The notes under the pieces are model-generated. The model was not told where the DNA came from. It made no database searches and saw only the letters and a list, made by a program, of their open reading frames with translations. This document shows positions 1-12,400 of a stretch of 64,000 nucleotides of DNA, piece by piece. The stretch's first letter is position 1; every line of letters starts with the position of its first letter. This stretch comes from Tubiluchus corallicola (Eukaryota; Animalia; Priapulida), in NCBI GenBank assembly GCA_030141605.1, contig JAQGDQ010000128.1, positions 463,771 through 527,770 on the forward strand, written 5' to 3'. The position numbers and the translations under genes were made by a program.

Positions 1-3000
1 GAAGTTCGACGAAGATTAGCAAATGTTTCGCTAGAAGATGCCAATCAAGAAAGGTAGTGACTATAGTAATCTAAACATCGTTTTTGAAGTGTGATGACTG
101 AGGTGTTTGAAAATTGGCTTTTCCTGTAGAGTTTCTAGCTAAAAATTATGTTTTACAGAAAGCTGAAGCTTGTAAGTAAATTTCTTTGTGAATTTCACTT
201 CTGGCACAGGATTTCATCGCTTAAATACCAAACGGATTGTTTGAGCGAATGTTAACTATGCTCATGTTGTGCGGGAATCTCAGCTTTGGTAAACAACATG
301 ATAAACATGCCTACTAGTGTTTACTTAGAATTGTTTCTGTTTCTACTATCTATATTCAGACTATCATTAATGGTCAATCGTAATCTACAAATGAATAAAA
401 CAAATAGATTAAAACAGCATATTAGCACACAGTTAGAATACATATTAACAAACAGAATGTGTAGTTAAATATTTATATTAACACACAAAATTGGAAAGTT
501 GCAAAGGATATTCCTAATTTCTGAGTGTTAAATATGCAGATTTAATCTGTTTGTTTGTTCATTTGTAGATTTTGATTGAAAAATAAACATTGGGGGATAG
601 TCGAAAAATCTCCTAAGCAATTGCCTGTAGACATGTTTATCACATTGTTTCTGATTCTGTTTTTGTTATGTGTTAACTAGTATATAAGTTTGCACTAGAG
701 TCAGAAGTAGTTTTTGTAGACTTGTACACGACATTCTCAGCTGAAAAAACTCAGTAACGCAAGTACAAAACCCCTTGTGACTGTTTTTGTTGCTGATCTT
801 TCTCCACAAATGCTGCCAAACAAATTAAGGACCCCTTATTTTTTTTCAGATCAGTCAACTCTCCTTAGGTAGAGGTAACAAACGATCAACCAAGCATTTT
901 TTTTACTAATTTTCATAGTTTTTTGTCTGTTGTGAGAGTTTCGTCTTTTGCATTTTAACTAACTTACTGGGCCATTTGTAATTTTACTATCCCTTTTATT
1001 TTTGTTAGGCAAAATGGTCATAATGTCTCACTAGAGAGAAATGAGGTTTCCCTTAGACTGGTGACCGATACAGAGAATGCTGACATTTCAAATGGAGAAA
1101 CGTATTCTGATCCATTTAGTTTGGATCTAGTGAGGCAGTTTTTAAATCATTTGACTCCTCCACTATCTTCTTATAACAACTACACGTACATCGATAAACC
1201 TATGGGAAACTTTAAAGCAGGCTTTGAGGTTGATTTAGGTAATTTCTTGTATTTTACCTTCTTTTGGTTTGCAATATGACTGTTTTATCTGCATATATTA
1301 AACTTCTACTTTTAAATTTTAGGTTTATCAGCACACAACTGAGATATTGTGACATTGTAAAACTCAGCCCTTATAATAATTGGTGTTAATATAAATGTGA
1401 TATTTGATATTTGTAGGCATACCATTTTTTGTGACATATATTGCATATACACGTGACCTGATGTTGTTATGTAACTTGTGCTACTTGCAGGTATCGGAGA
1501 TTACCAGCTAGTCAAGTGCATTGGTGATGGAGCTTATGCTCGCATCTATCAGGCCCGCAAAAGCAATGCTGATAAAGAAAAGGATGTTGTTTTAAAGGTA
1601 AAAGTTGTGTTTTTTTTGCCCAGTGATTACCAGCACCAAAAATTTTGTAACGTTTATATTTACATAAAAACATTCGGAAAATAAACTGTTAATTTTAATA
1701 ATTACATTATATAATAGTGTGAATGGTGCACTATGCTTCTTCATGACACGTTCAATCCAACTATCCTTATTTACGATTGCTCATAACAGTTTCTGTAACT
1801 GCCAACATTTTCATAAGTAGGCATATGTTGTCTTTGTAGGAAAACTTTTGTAGCTGCAATTGCTGTTGCTACAGTGGCAAAACACTTCGTACTAATTGTA
1901 ATGTGAATCTTTGTTTTTGTGTATTTTTTGCAGTTGCAAAAGCCAGCTTGGCCATGGGAGTTTTACATTTGTAGTACACTCAACGAGAAGCTTGCAAAGC
2001 TACCCATGCCTGTAGATATTCGACCGTCAATAATGTCAATTGATGAAGCCATTATCTTCCTGGATGGTAGTTGCCTCATCAATGAATATCATCCAAATGG
2101 ATCCCTGCTGGTAGGAACGGATAAGCGTTAGCTTTCATACAGTCACTTTTAGACTTACCAAATTAAGTCAGTCGACTTGGACTAGACTCAGTATTCTTTT
2201 AACGACTGTGCTTCTTGTTGTGCCATTAATTGGCAGATACCTCACTGAGACTTGAAATTAAATACTCGAGTTTTGAAACCAGTAATTTGAAACAATCCTG
2301 ATCATTTTATACAGGCAGTAGGCTTTGGGGTGTTAGTACATTGGTGGCCAAACCTTGTCACTCATTAAAAATCGTAAGCATGGTATAGTCACTTAGTCAA
2401 TCAACAAAAATTGAATATTGTCATCAATCCAGCTAATGTCACCAATTTCTTTTAATGTTAATTAAGAATGTCCCACTCTTCGATAAAAATTTTATTATGT
2501 AAAGCATATTGTAGTCACACCAACACAGTCTGCCTCCTACAGTGCATTGTTAAAAGTATTTTCAAGGTTGGTTAAGCATTACACTAAACTGTATTACTGG
2601 GTCCAAAAACCTCATAGTTTTACTAAAAGCATTATCACATTTTTTTCGCTCATCCGAAATTGCTGTAAACCGTTAGCTTATGTTACAGGATTTAGTAAAC
2701 ATTCACAAGATGACTATGACAAAGGGTCAGGCAAAACCATGTCTAGATGAATTTTTGGCAGCTTACCTAACAATACAGATGCTCTATATTATGGAAAGTA
2801 TGCATGCGTGCGAGATCATACATTGCGATGTGAAACCTGATAACTTTGTCTGTACGGGCTTGTAAGTATCGTGCTGTACTTATTTATATGTACAGGTTTT
2901 ATCATTTTGTCACAAATGATCGTTCACATTGCACTAAGGTTACATATCTTTTTTATGACATAGCATAGTCAATCGATGATACAAGATTGTTATTACTACT

Positions 3001-4331
3001 AGCCAAACCTTATAAAAGAAGCATATAAATATATACCACACACAACACTACCAACTGCAATGGTAGCGAAGATAGCAACAACAGCACAACAGCAAAGGCA
3101 GCAGCCCAGTGAAACCTGCATTTTGCACATAGTCGAAGATGTGAAATTACAAACGCTCTTAGACCCATTTACTGATGATCATTAATGCACAAACATTCCA
3201 TATAGTCTTTACAAACCTGTCCTGCATATTATTGCATTTCGTTTTAGTACCTGAAAACGTTGTAAATTCACATAAAAATGTCTCTGTTCTTTTTTCTACA
3301 GTGTACTGCTTGATGAAAACTGCACAGATCCTGACAAACTTTTTGGATTAGTTACAACATCACTGAAGCTGATTGATTTTGGTCGTTCTCTCAACATGTC
3401 GCTATTTCCTGTTGGCACTAGTTTCTATCACAAGGTGGCCACTGACTGTTTTCAGTGTACAGAAATGTTAGAAGGAAAGCCCTGGACTTATCAAGTACGT
3501 CTATCAATAAACTTTTTATTCACCAAATTTTACGTATGTGGTGTTAGATTGCACTGTGGAAACTATATTGTGGTCATCAAGAACATTTCAACATGGCATG
3601 TTCTTTGTTCTGCATTGCACTATTTTTTTTGTTTGCAACTGTATTTGTCAATAAAATTGTGCAAATTTTTCATGTTTATTTTCAAGACTGACTTATTTGG
3701 AATGGCTGCATGCGTGAACTGCATGCTGAGTGGGGATTATATGAATCCATATCATGAGAATGGTGTATGGAAAATTACAACCAACATTAAAAGGTAACAT
3801 TTTTAACAATATTGTAATTCTGCAAGTGAATATGCCGAGGATATTTATTATATTACGTTCAAGTTATACCACTTAAACCTCAGTTGCTGTCCATTTTGTC
3901 AAGATTTAAATAGCAAAATCTAATTAAGTAGATTAGAAGCTCTACACTAAAAATACCACCTATCAACTAGTGAAGGGCATACTGTGATTTGTTTTTCAAA
4001 ACTTGAAACCTAACGTGCATAAATGTCACTTAGATGCTTTTGTGTGGTAGTGTTTGTGTTTGCATTAGCAGACCATTGTCTAAAGGTTTACCTAAGTTCA
4101 TTTTGTGCTCAAGTTGTTTTACGCACCGCTATTTCATTATATTCAAAATTTTGCAGGAACTGGGCCTTTAGGAATTTTTGGAAGTCTTTTTTCCATGTTT
4201 TATTAAACATACCAAGCTGTACTGAGTTACCTGACTTGAGAGCGATGCGACGTGAACTGCAACTACAATTTACAAACCTCAACAACGTCAGGGCCTACAA
4301 CAACGCTGTATTGAACTTGTCAACTTCATGA
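1..4331 (+). CDS. BUB1: Mitotic checkpoint kinase BUB1 (MADBUB-type), 3' part only; 5' end lies outside the window
   Basis: Phase-consistent GT-AG exons <1-53, 1009-1238, 1491-1597, 1934-2110, 2689-2861, 3302-3494, 3687-3793, 4157-4331 (TGA). BUB1-type kinase motifs: IGDGAYARIY, VLKLQKPAWPWEFYI, CEIIHCDVKPDNF, LIDFGRS, FQCTEMLEGKPWTYQTDLFG, FFHVLLNIPSC. Catalytic K, HxD and DFG are intact. Confidence 0.95.
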
Positions 4332-5781
4332 GAGTAAACCTGTGTTTAACAGATAGCATTATTTTTACCTGTTCTGTAAAACGTTTACTTATTGATTTTT
4401 TGTGCATGTTATGGTAAACTTTATTTTTCACATAGCATCTTCTTATGAGTTATTAAGCAGATTGACTCTACTGAAAGAAAGCAATATGTTCATTTACTGA
4501 ATGTTGTATTGAGGGTAGCTTTGTGCTCTTGTACTATGTAATATAGTTATATAAAATTGTTTAAAATTAGCCTGTTATGATTTTATAAGCACATTTGGCA
4601 TTCGTTTAATGTTTCATGTTTTAACTAAACTATTGTTACAGCTTAAAATTCTTAAGTGAACTGATTCTTGCAATTGTTTTCTATTTTTAGCTTGTGCACT
4701 TCTTTTCTTCTTTCCTTCTTTGTCATCTTTCCACTCATTGCAACTTGCCACATTGTAACTGATATGCTTGTATGTGTCATGTGTTATATAAAAGTGCTTG
4801 TATGTCGTAAGTTAAACTGAAATGGCTTATTTAAACCACTCATGTACAGTCTGATAAGGCCAAAGATGTATGATGTGTTCTCAAAATGTCAAACAATTAC
4901 TGTTATCTAATGCACGTAGTTTATATAGATGTTCTTCTTTTGTTGAATAGAAAAGTTTATGTAGCATATTAATGAGCAACATTATCTAACTTAAATTTTT
5001 ACTGTTTATGAATAACTAACTAACTTAAACATGGCATGTATTATATTCTCTGATACTGTTTAAAAATAAAGAGTTAAATGTCAACTTCTCTATCTGAATT
5101 GCTTTTGTAGTTGCTAATGCTGAAATACTATTTTTGAAACATTAAAATTAAATGACAGTGATTTATGTCCTGTTAATGGAAGTTGTATACATGGAATTTT
5201 ATTAGTATTATTTTATTTTTTTGGAAACAAAACAAAGTTCATGGCGAAATACAACAAAATAAGGCCTATTTTCTAATTCAGTGCCTACAATTAAAAATAA
5301 CTACATGTATGCCATATCTTTGAATTTTATAAAGTTTGTTGCATTTAAAAAATACCAATGTTTCTGCCGCTGACCACAGTTTCTGAGGACACAGAAAATA
5401 GCAACACAAGCGGTTGCACATTTTATAAAAAGAAGCAAGCCGGTAAAGCACACCACAAATGGTCCATAATTATTTGTGGGCTTTAAATGGTGAATTTGCA
5501 AAACCACATTGTTTTATAATTTTTCACAAAATTATGTAATTCTAAAAGTTTTTTTTTACACTTCAGTATGGTTGTGTGGGGGAGTGTTTTATTTAAAATA
5601 ACTTCGAGCAGTTTGGAAGTGTCATGTAGTCGTTACTGTACCAAACCCTCGACGGGATAACGATTGATCTGCTTTTTCGGCACAGCGTTAATAAGAGGCT
5701 CAAAAGCGTCCCTAGAAAGTACAAAGCATAAAACTGAGTCTGCCACAGTGCCTCGACCACATCTTGCCAGTCAATTAACAG

Positions 5782-5890
5782 ATGGCGGGAGAAGCAAGTT
5801 GTTTACATGACGTAAGTGACGTTCGGCTTTTTGATTTGCTGCAATGAGTTAAAAGGCGTGGTTTAAGTCTAGCAAACCATCTCCCGCCAT
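5782..5890 (+). promoter_or_regulatory. Putative E2F7/8 promoter with an inverted pair of E2F-type sites and tandem CRE-like motifs
   Basis: ATGGCGGGAGA (5782-5792) and its exact reverse complement TCTCCCGCCAT (5880-5890) flank TGACGTAAGTGACGT (5809-5823). The patch is CpG-richer and lies just upstream of a non-coding exon ending at donor AAC|GTATGT (6083/6084). Confidence 0.6.
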
Positions 5891-6495
5891 AAGAAGGACG
5901 CTATCAGTTTGAGTAATTATGACCGGTATACTTTGATAATTATTAGGTTTTTGTTCTTTCTTTGTCGTTTGCGTCTTTATATATACGTACTTATTTCGGG
6001 CAGAAACGCTATCATCAATAGGTCTGTTACAGAATGTTCCAATCTGCTATTACAAAAAGACTTTAAAGGCACCGCCGGTTAACGTATGTAAATAAGATTA
6101 ATTAACCTTTTATGAAATCTCTTGAATAATAGTTAATGTGTTGCCTACAAGTGAAGTAAGCTTTTGCTTTTAATGCAAATCTATAACACGTGTGGCGACT
6201 AATTTATCGACAAAGTCATCACGCAGATGCTGTAATCAACACAAAAGGAAAATTTATCACAACGGAAAAGTTAATAATAGTCTAATTTTGCAGGGTAACA
6301 ATATGTGAACAGTAACAATAACGAAAATGTGAGCAACAACGAAAGAATATCATAACTATAAATATGTTTATATACAGTGTGAATGTTATTCTATTACTCG
6401 TATTATTGTTATTAACATTATACATTTTTCAGATATGATAAACTCAAAATCAAAATTGAAAATAATAATTACAGCTACATTTAATATAACTTGCA

Positions 6496-9400
6496 ATGGA
6501 GGATTCTGTTATCCTACGACTGTCTTTTCTTCCACCGGAATGTGATGGCTCAGTTTCACCTGTCTTGCATGCTGATGAAAACAATCACGATTCCAGTTTG
6601 CCTCTGCCATTTTCTTCATTAACCTGTGAACCTGAGGAAGTTTTAGCAAGAGACATTCCTCAACTTGTGAATGATCCTGTTCTGTTTTCTGCAGAAACTT
6701 ATCAATCAGCAGCAACAAGTAAGCATAAAGGTGATGATAAAGAGGCACTTTCTACGCATGAACAAGTTGTGTTTCACACTCCGTACAGCCCAAGTCCAAA
6801 ACATGCTGCTCATTTGCAGAGCACCCAGAACAGAGAAAACTTTATGTCAGGGAAAACAAAGGGTAAATTTGTTGGCCGTAAACGGCCATTGCAGGATTCT
6901 ACAAACATTGAAAGTAAAAGAGTGAACCATTTGGATGTTACAACGCCAAAGAAATTATCAGCGATCAAGCAAGAGCCTCTGACACCAACAGCAAACTTGA
7001 AACTTTTATTCAGCGCTGCTAGCCCTGAGATACGTATCAGAGAGACAAAGAAGAAACAGCTTTTTGATGAGGGAAGTAGGGATAGAGATGTAAGTATATT
7101 TCATTTTACTAACTATATCTATGTCTAATAATAATAAAACTAAAGTTTTACTTTTTGAACTGTGAAATGTCTTGAATAAATATAGGCATCCATACCACTA
7201 TTTTTATGAAAAATATCTTATTCGTGATGTTTTGATCCTATTGGATCATTATCAAACGTATCTGTAAAAAAGTGATATTTTAATTGAAATGCTATATAGA
7301 CTACAATATATCTAGTGCACATACATGTATGTGCAATGAATGATAACTACTATACTGTCAAAGTTAATAGCCTTTTTGTAGTATAATAACTTGCCTACTA
7401 GGCCTACTAAGTTCTCTAAACTTAAATTTAACATTTGATATCTGTTAGTTTGTTAAAGTTAAAACTGTTATTCAAGGAATTGGTTCCTGTGAATGTAGTC
7501 GATACAAATTTTGAAAGCCATGCTGAAGGAGTTGACCGCAGTGAGAGCAGTAGCATAGACGTTAATTTTATGGGCAATTTCTGTACGGATCAACAGACGA
7601 GTGCTGAATATTGTCCTAGCGGAGATGTGATTATTGACCAAATTTTAGATGTGGAGGTTGAAACGTATAAGCCTAGCCGCAAAGAAAAGTCATTAGGATT
7701 GCTATGCAAGAGGTATTGATGCTAATTGTTGCATTTACAAGTGAAACAACTTCTTGGTTTGTTTGCTGTCTCATTCTATATCTCTGATGTTTGCTGCACA
7801 TTACATTCTTACTGCTGATAGGAAACAGACAGGTATAATTGTTAACATTGCAGATTATAGTTACCCTTTTCTGCAACACAAAGTAAAAGGTTAATACCTA
7901 TGTTGATGCTGATTATATAGCTTTCTAGCTCACAATACTATTTAGTCTATAAGTCACAATAAAGTCAAATCCTTTTGAACGTACTTGTTATCTAATAGTC
8001 TTATATAATTAAAGCTTGCCTGTGAATAATTATTTTAAGCTTTTTACTTTCAAAGAGCTGTTTCTTCATTTGTGCAGATTTTTAGATTTACTGCCAGATT
8101 TACCACCAAGTACGGAACCTGTGCCACTATGCCTAGATGAGATTGCCAAGGAACTTAGTGAGTAACGATTAATGATAAATACTTGCTGATTAAATATCAT
8201 TTGACAGTTTTTACTAAATATTGTAATCGTAATAAACTCTAGAGTTGGAAGACATAATAAATTGTTTTGAAAGAAATCATCAGGCGGTGTAATCTGTGAT
8301 TGTCTGATCTGTTGAAATCTTTGAGTGTGTTAAAATTATCTGTTAGCTTATTGGTTTAGTAAGGTTTACTGTTCAACATGCTTTATATAGACACGGCGAG
8401 ATGCTTGTGATGTGAAGCTGAGCATTGTGTTGTTCTTGATTTTGCTAACCGAAAAACTTGAACTATTACATTATTTTAAAAATATCCATGAGACTTTGTC
8501 TTGTTTAATAAACTTCTTTATAGATACAGAACGAAGAAGGATATATGATATTGTGAATGTCCTTGAAGCTCTCGAGATGGTGCACCGTCTAGCAAAAAAT
8601 AGATACTCTTGGTATGGAAAAACCAATTTGACCAACACTCTTAGTCGTTTACAGGTTAGACAGTTTACTTTATCAGAATATCTCATTTGTTATTTGATGA
8701 AATTACGCTACTAAAGCATTTTCAAAGCTTCGCTAACAGCATAATAATCTACATAATTGCTTTAATTGGTCCAATGAAATCATGTTTAATAATTAGCCCA
8801 GTAGTTAATTCAGTTCTCTGATAAGTGTTAAAAGACAACACAAACATTCAAATGTAAATGGAATGCTATTCGTATACAGATTTTTGCCTGTGCAGGTTGC
8901 ATGAAGAATGTTCCCCAGCTTACCAGCATTTAATTACAGGAACTTTATCATACTCCATGTTGCATTATATTTTGTGCCCTCAACACCATTTGCTTCTGCT
9001 GTTCATCACTTTAATTTCACTTTTGCACGGGTGAACATGTAAATACAAATACAGGCTAACAATTCCTGGCTGTTAATCAGCTTGTTACTCTTCTAGGTGG
9101 TTCAGTTAATTGCCACATAAATTAGGACGAATTGCGACTCATTTTCAGTTAATCACACGTTGTGATTGAAATACCACCTGTGACCATGCAAGATAATCAA
9201 TAGCGCACGCGTAAATTGATATTCGATTTGGAATTGCTGAATATTCAGGTCTCGGAATGCGATCTTTGGTTCAGTTTGGCAGAAACATAAATTCTGCCTT
9301 CAATGCCCCTTTATACTAATGCGATGGTGGTAGAAGAAGCAACAGCGGCATTGACGGCAATTATTTAAATGGCTTCAGTGACGATAATAAAAATTAAAGG

Positions 9401-12400
9401 AGCGTAAGCCCTGCTTATATTGTTATAACATATTTTTTCACAGTACATAGCTGAACAAAATTGCTATCAAGATAAGTTGGAAGCTGCATCTAAAAGTGGA
9501 TTTGATCTGTCACCGACTGCTCCGAGGCATTCACAGGATTTCGTCAAGTTAAACAATGCAGACAGTGCTTTGTCGGGATTTGGGTTGGAAGTGTCAAAAT
9601 GTAAGTACTGAAATATGTACAGCACGTTGTCAGTTACCCGAGAATGTATGACTTCTAGCTTAGAATGTCTAAAATATTATGGAAAATGGTTGGATTCGGA
9701 CAATGTGCAGTTTCCCAAAGCGTTAAAATTTTATTAGCACACTGATACTACTTTGTTGTACGACTTATGTATAGTATAATGTTTGTGTTTTTACATACCA
9801 ATGACATGCTCGGCAAACATTGTGTTGTTCAGTAAGTGTACTGTTCCATTTTTTTAAGCTTATGCTATCAATTTTTGGCAGTACTGGTGTACACCAGTTG
9901 CTAGCCTGTGTTGGAGGGACCACATACATCATTTAGCTATGAATTTACTTTTCATTGGAAAGTTGAGTACTTGGTGTTTTTTCAATACAGAAACTTAAAT
10001 AATTGTAAAAGTGCATCAAGCAGCTGTGTCTGCGTAAAGACTATTTGTTAGACATGTTAACGTGACTGGCATAAGTTGTTAATCTTACTAACTTTGCTTT
10101 ACCATTACCTTTGCTTACCTTTACAGGCAATAGAAAAGACAAATCACTTGGAATTCTGAGCCAAAAATTTCTTATGCTGTTCCTTTCATCTAAGGTACCA
10201 TTTTTGTGTACATATTTAGTACGTAAAAATGTTGTAAAAAACCTAAATGTTACGGGTCTTTCAAATCAGATTTTTCTGTTGGATTGTGGTTAAAATCTTA
10301 ATAGCATTTTGATACTAAAGTTTAAGGACATTTAGTTTATGATGTACATTTAGTAACTTAAATTGTCATACAAGGTGATTTCATAGACTGCAAACTTAAC
10401 CAGTCTTTATTTTATTTTCAGACGTCTTCTGTCAATTTAGATGTAGCAGCATGGATTTTGATGGGTAATGAGCTTCCAGAAGACATGACACAATCTAAAT
10501 ATAAAAGTAAGTTTTCATTGTAAGTCTGTAAGAGATCATCTCTTTTCTAGATATTACAGTACTTAACCTTTACCTAGCTGTTTATGTCTCGGAAAACTTC
10601 AAAAGCTCCTTTGTGCAACACCTTGTTCTGGTGTCCTAGCTTATGCAGCATCATTCTGCCACCCAGTCACACTTGCTTTTATTTTAAGTGGTATTTGTGG
10701 GTATGATGAGTTACACAAAGTTTACAGTTTGTTTGCTACAGCAGATAAAACAAAGTCATTGTTTAAAGAGTTTCAACGTCGTTGTTAAGAAGAAGAATTG
10801 TTTTTATTTTATGGTAGTCTACATATTTCGACCAAATCTGCTGTCATATAAAATATAAAACCTTTACACAAACCGTTACTACATTTTTTTATATGTATAC
10901 TTACTAACTTCTTCATCATGACTCTGTCGTTTTGCTTCTGGTCCTATCTAAAGAGTTTCAAAATATACTTCCTTGTCTTTGTATGTCTTATTCTGAAAGT
11001 AGGTTATTAGTGTGTTACATTTTCTAGCCCTAGTTAGGAATACTGTCTCCGTGATATAGCGTTTGAAAGTTCTTCATTGTAGAAATGTATTTTGTTGTGC
11101 AGCTAAAGTCAGGAGATTGTATGATATTGCGAACATTTTTACAACTCTTGGACTCATTGCTAAGACTTCCATACCTACCAGCAGTGGTCGTAAACCTGGA
11201 TTCAAATACATTGGGCCGAAGATTTCAAACGGTGATTCTCGAGGTAAACTATTAAGTATTTTAGTCAAGCAATTACCAATATTTTTAAAAAAACAGAATT
11301 TGCCATTTTTTTATTCATTAATGATAAAGCAATTATATATCTTCTCCTAAAATAATTAAAATCAAATTTAAAATCATTTTGTGACAAAACTGTCTTTCTG
11401 TTTATTTTATGATTGTCTATATATTGTACAAGTCATCATAACGTAGTGTGGTTTGCTAAAGTATTTTGCAAAAATTCATGTGCTGAATGCAGTGATGTTC
11501 TTGCAGTCCAATGCTAATTTTTTTACTATTGAAGCTTTAAAATATGCTGTTTAAAGCACTTGAAATTTTATCAAATTTGTTCTACTAAATAATTTTTAGT
11601 GGAGTAAAGCCGCTTTTTTTTTCAGGGGAAAGATGTTTGGCAAGGCGATCTCGATCGGTGTCAAAACATTCTTTGTTAGACACTATTCCTGAACCATCAC
11701 CATGTCATACTGTCAGTAAAGAGTCACACTGTAGTGCAGCATTGTCTGATGTTAATTGTATTGAACCTGAACTTAAACAGGGAGCAACCTCCAACTTTGA
11801 CTTGATTGCTGACTCACATTCAAATGTGGAAGTTATGTCAAGTTGTTATGAAATGCTACCAGCTGACAGTGTCGGTGTAGAACCCATCTACACAAATATA
11901 GAGTTTCCTACCACAGGATTTTTGCTTTCTGGAAGTGGACAATCCAATCTTTTAACTAGTAATGAAGAAGTTATTATTGATAGTTTTGACGTGGGCATCG
12001 TGTCATCTGGACAACAGGGTCATCATGATGTCAGTCTTGTTTCCAACAACAATGATCGACGGAGTCGTGGTAGAAAACCAGGTACAGGTGAGTCTGTCAA
12101 AAATATGGTAGGCCTAAAATTTTGAAAATAGACCTTCACTTTGAAAAGCAAGGATTTGTGCTGTTGTCGTTAAATCTTTATCCAATGGATATTTACCAGA
12201 TTTTTCATCCATAACTTTTTTCAAACGGCTTTTTCTAGGTGATACCTGTCACTGAGTTGGCAGGTAGGTCAGCAAAAAGTCAATCTCCCAATATAAATAC
12301 AAAAACAAAGTTTTAGTGGCATCAAACTGGTTTACTTAATTTTGTTATCTAACCTATCACTTCACTAACTATCTATCTATCATTAACTAATCTATCACTT

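Noticed and set aside
850-868. Possible extra BUB1 micro-exon
   Set aside because: It would introduce an in-frame TAG, and exons 1-53 and 1009-1238 already join in phase.
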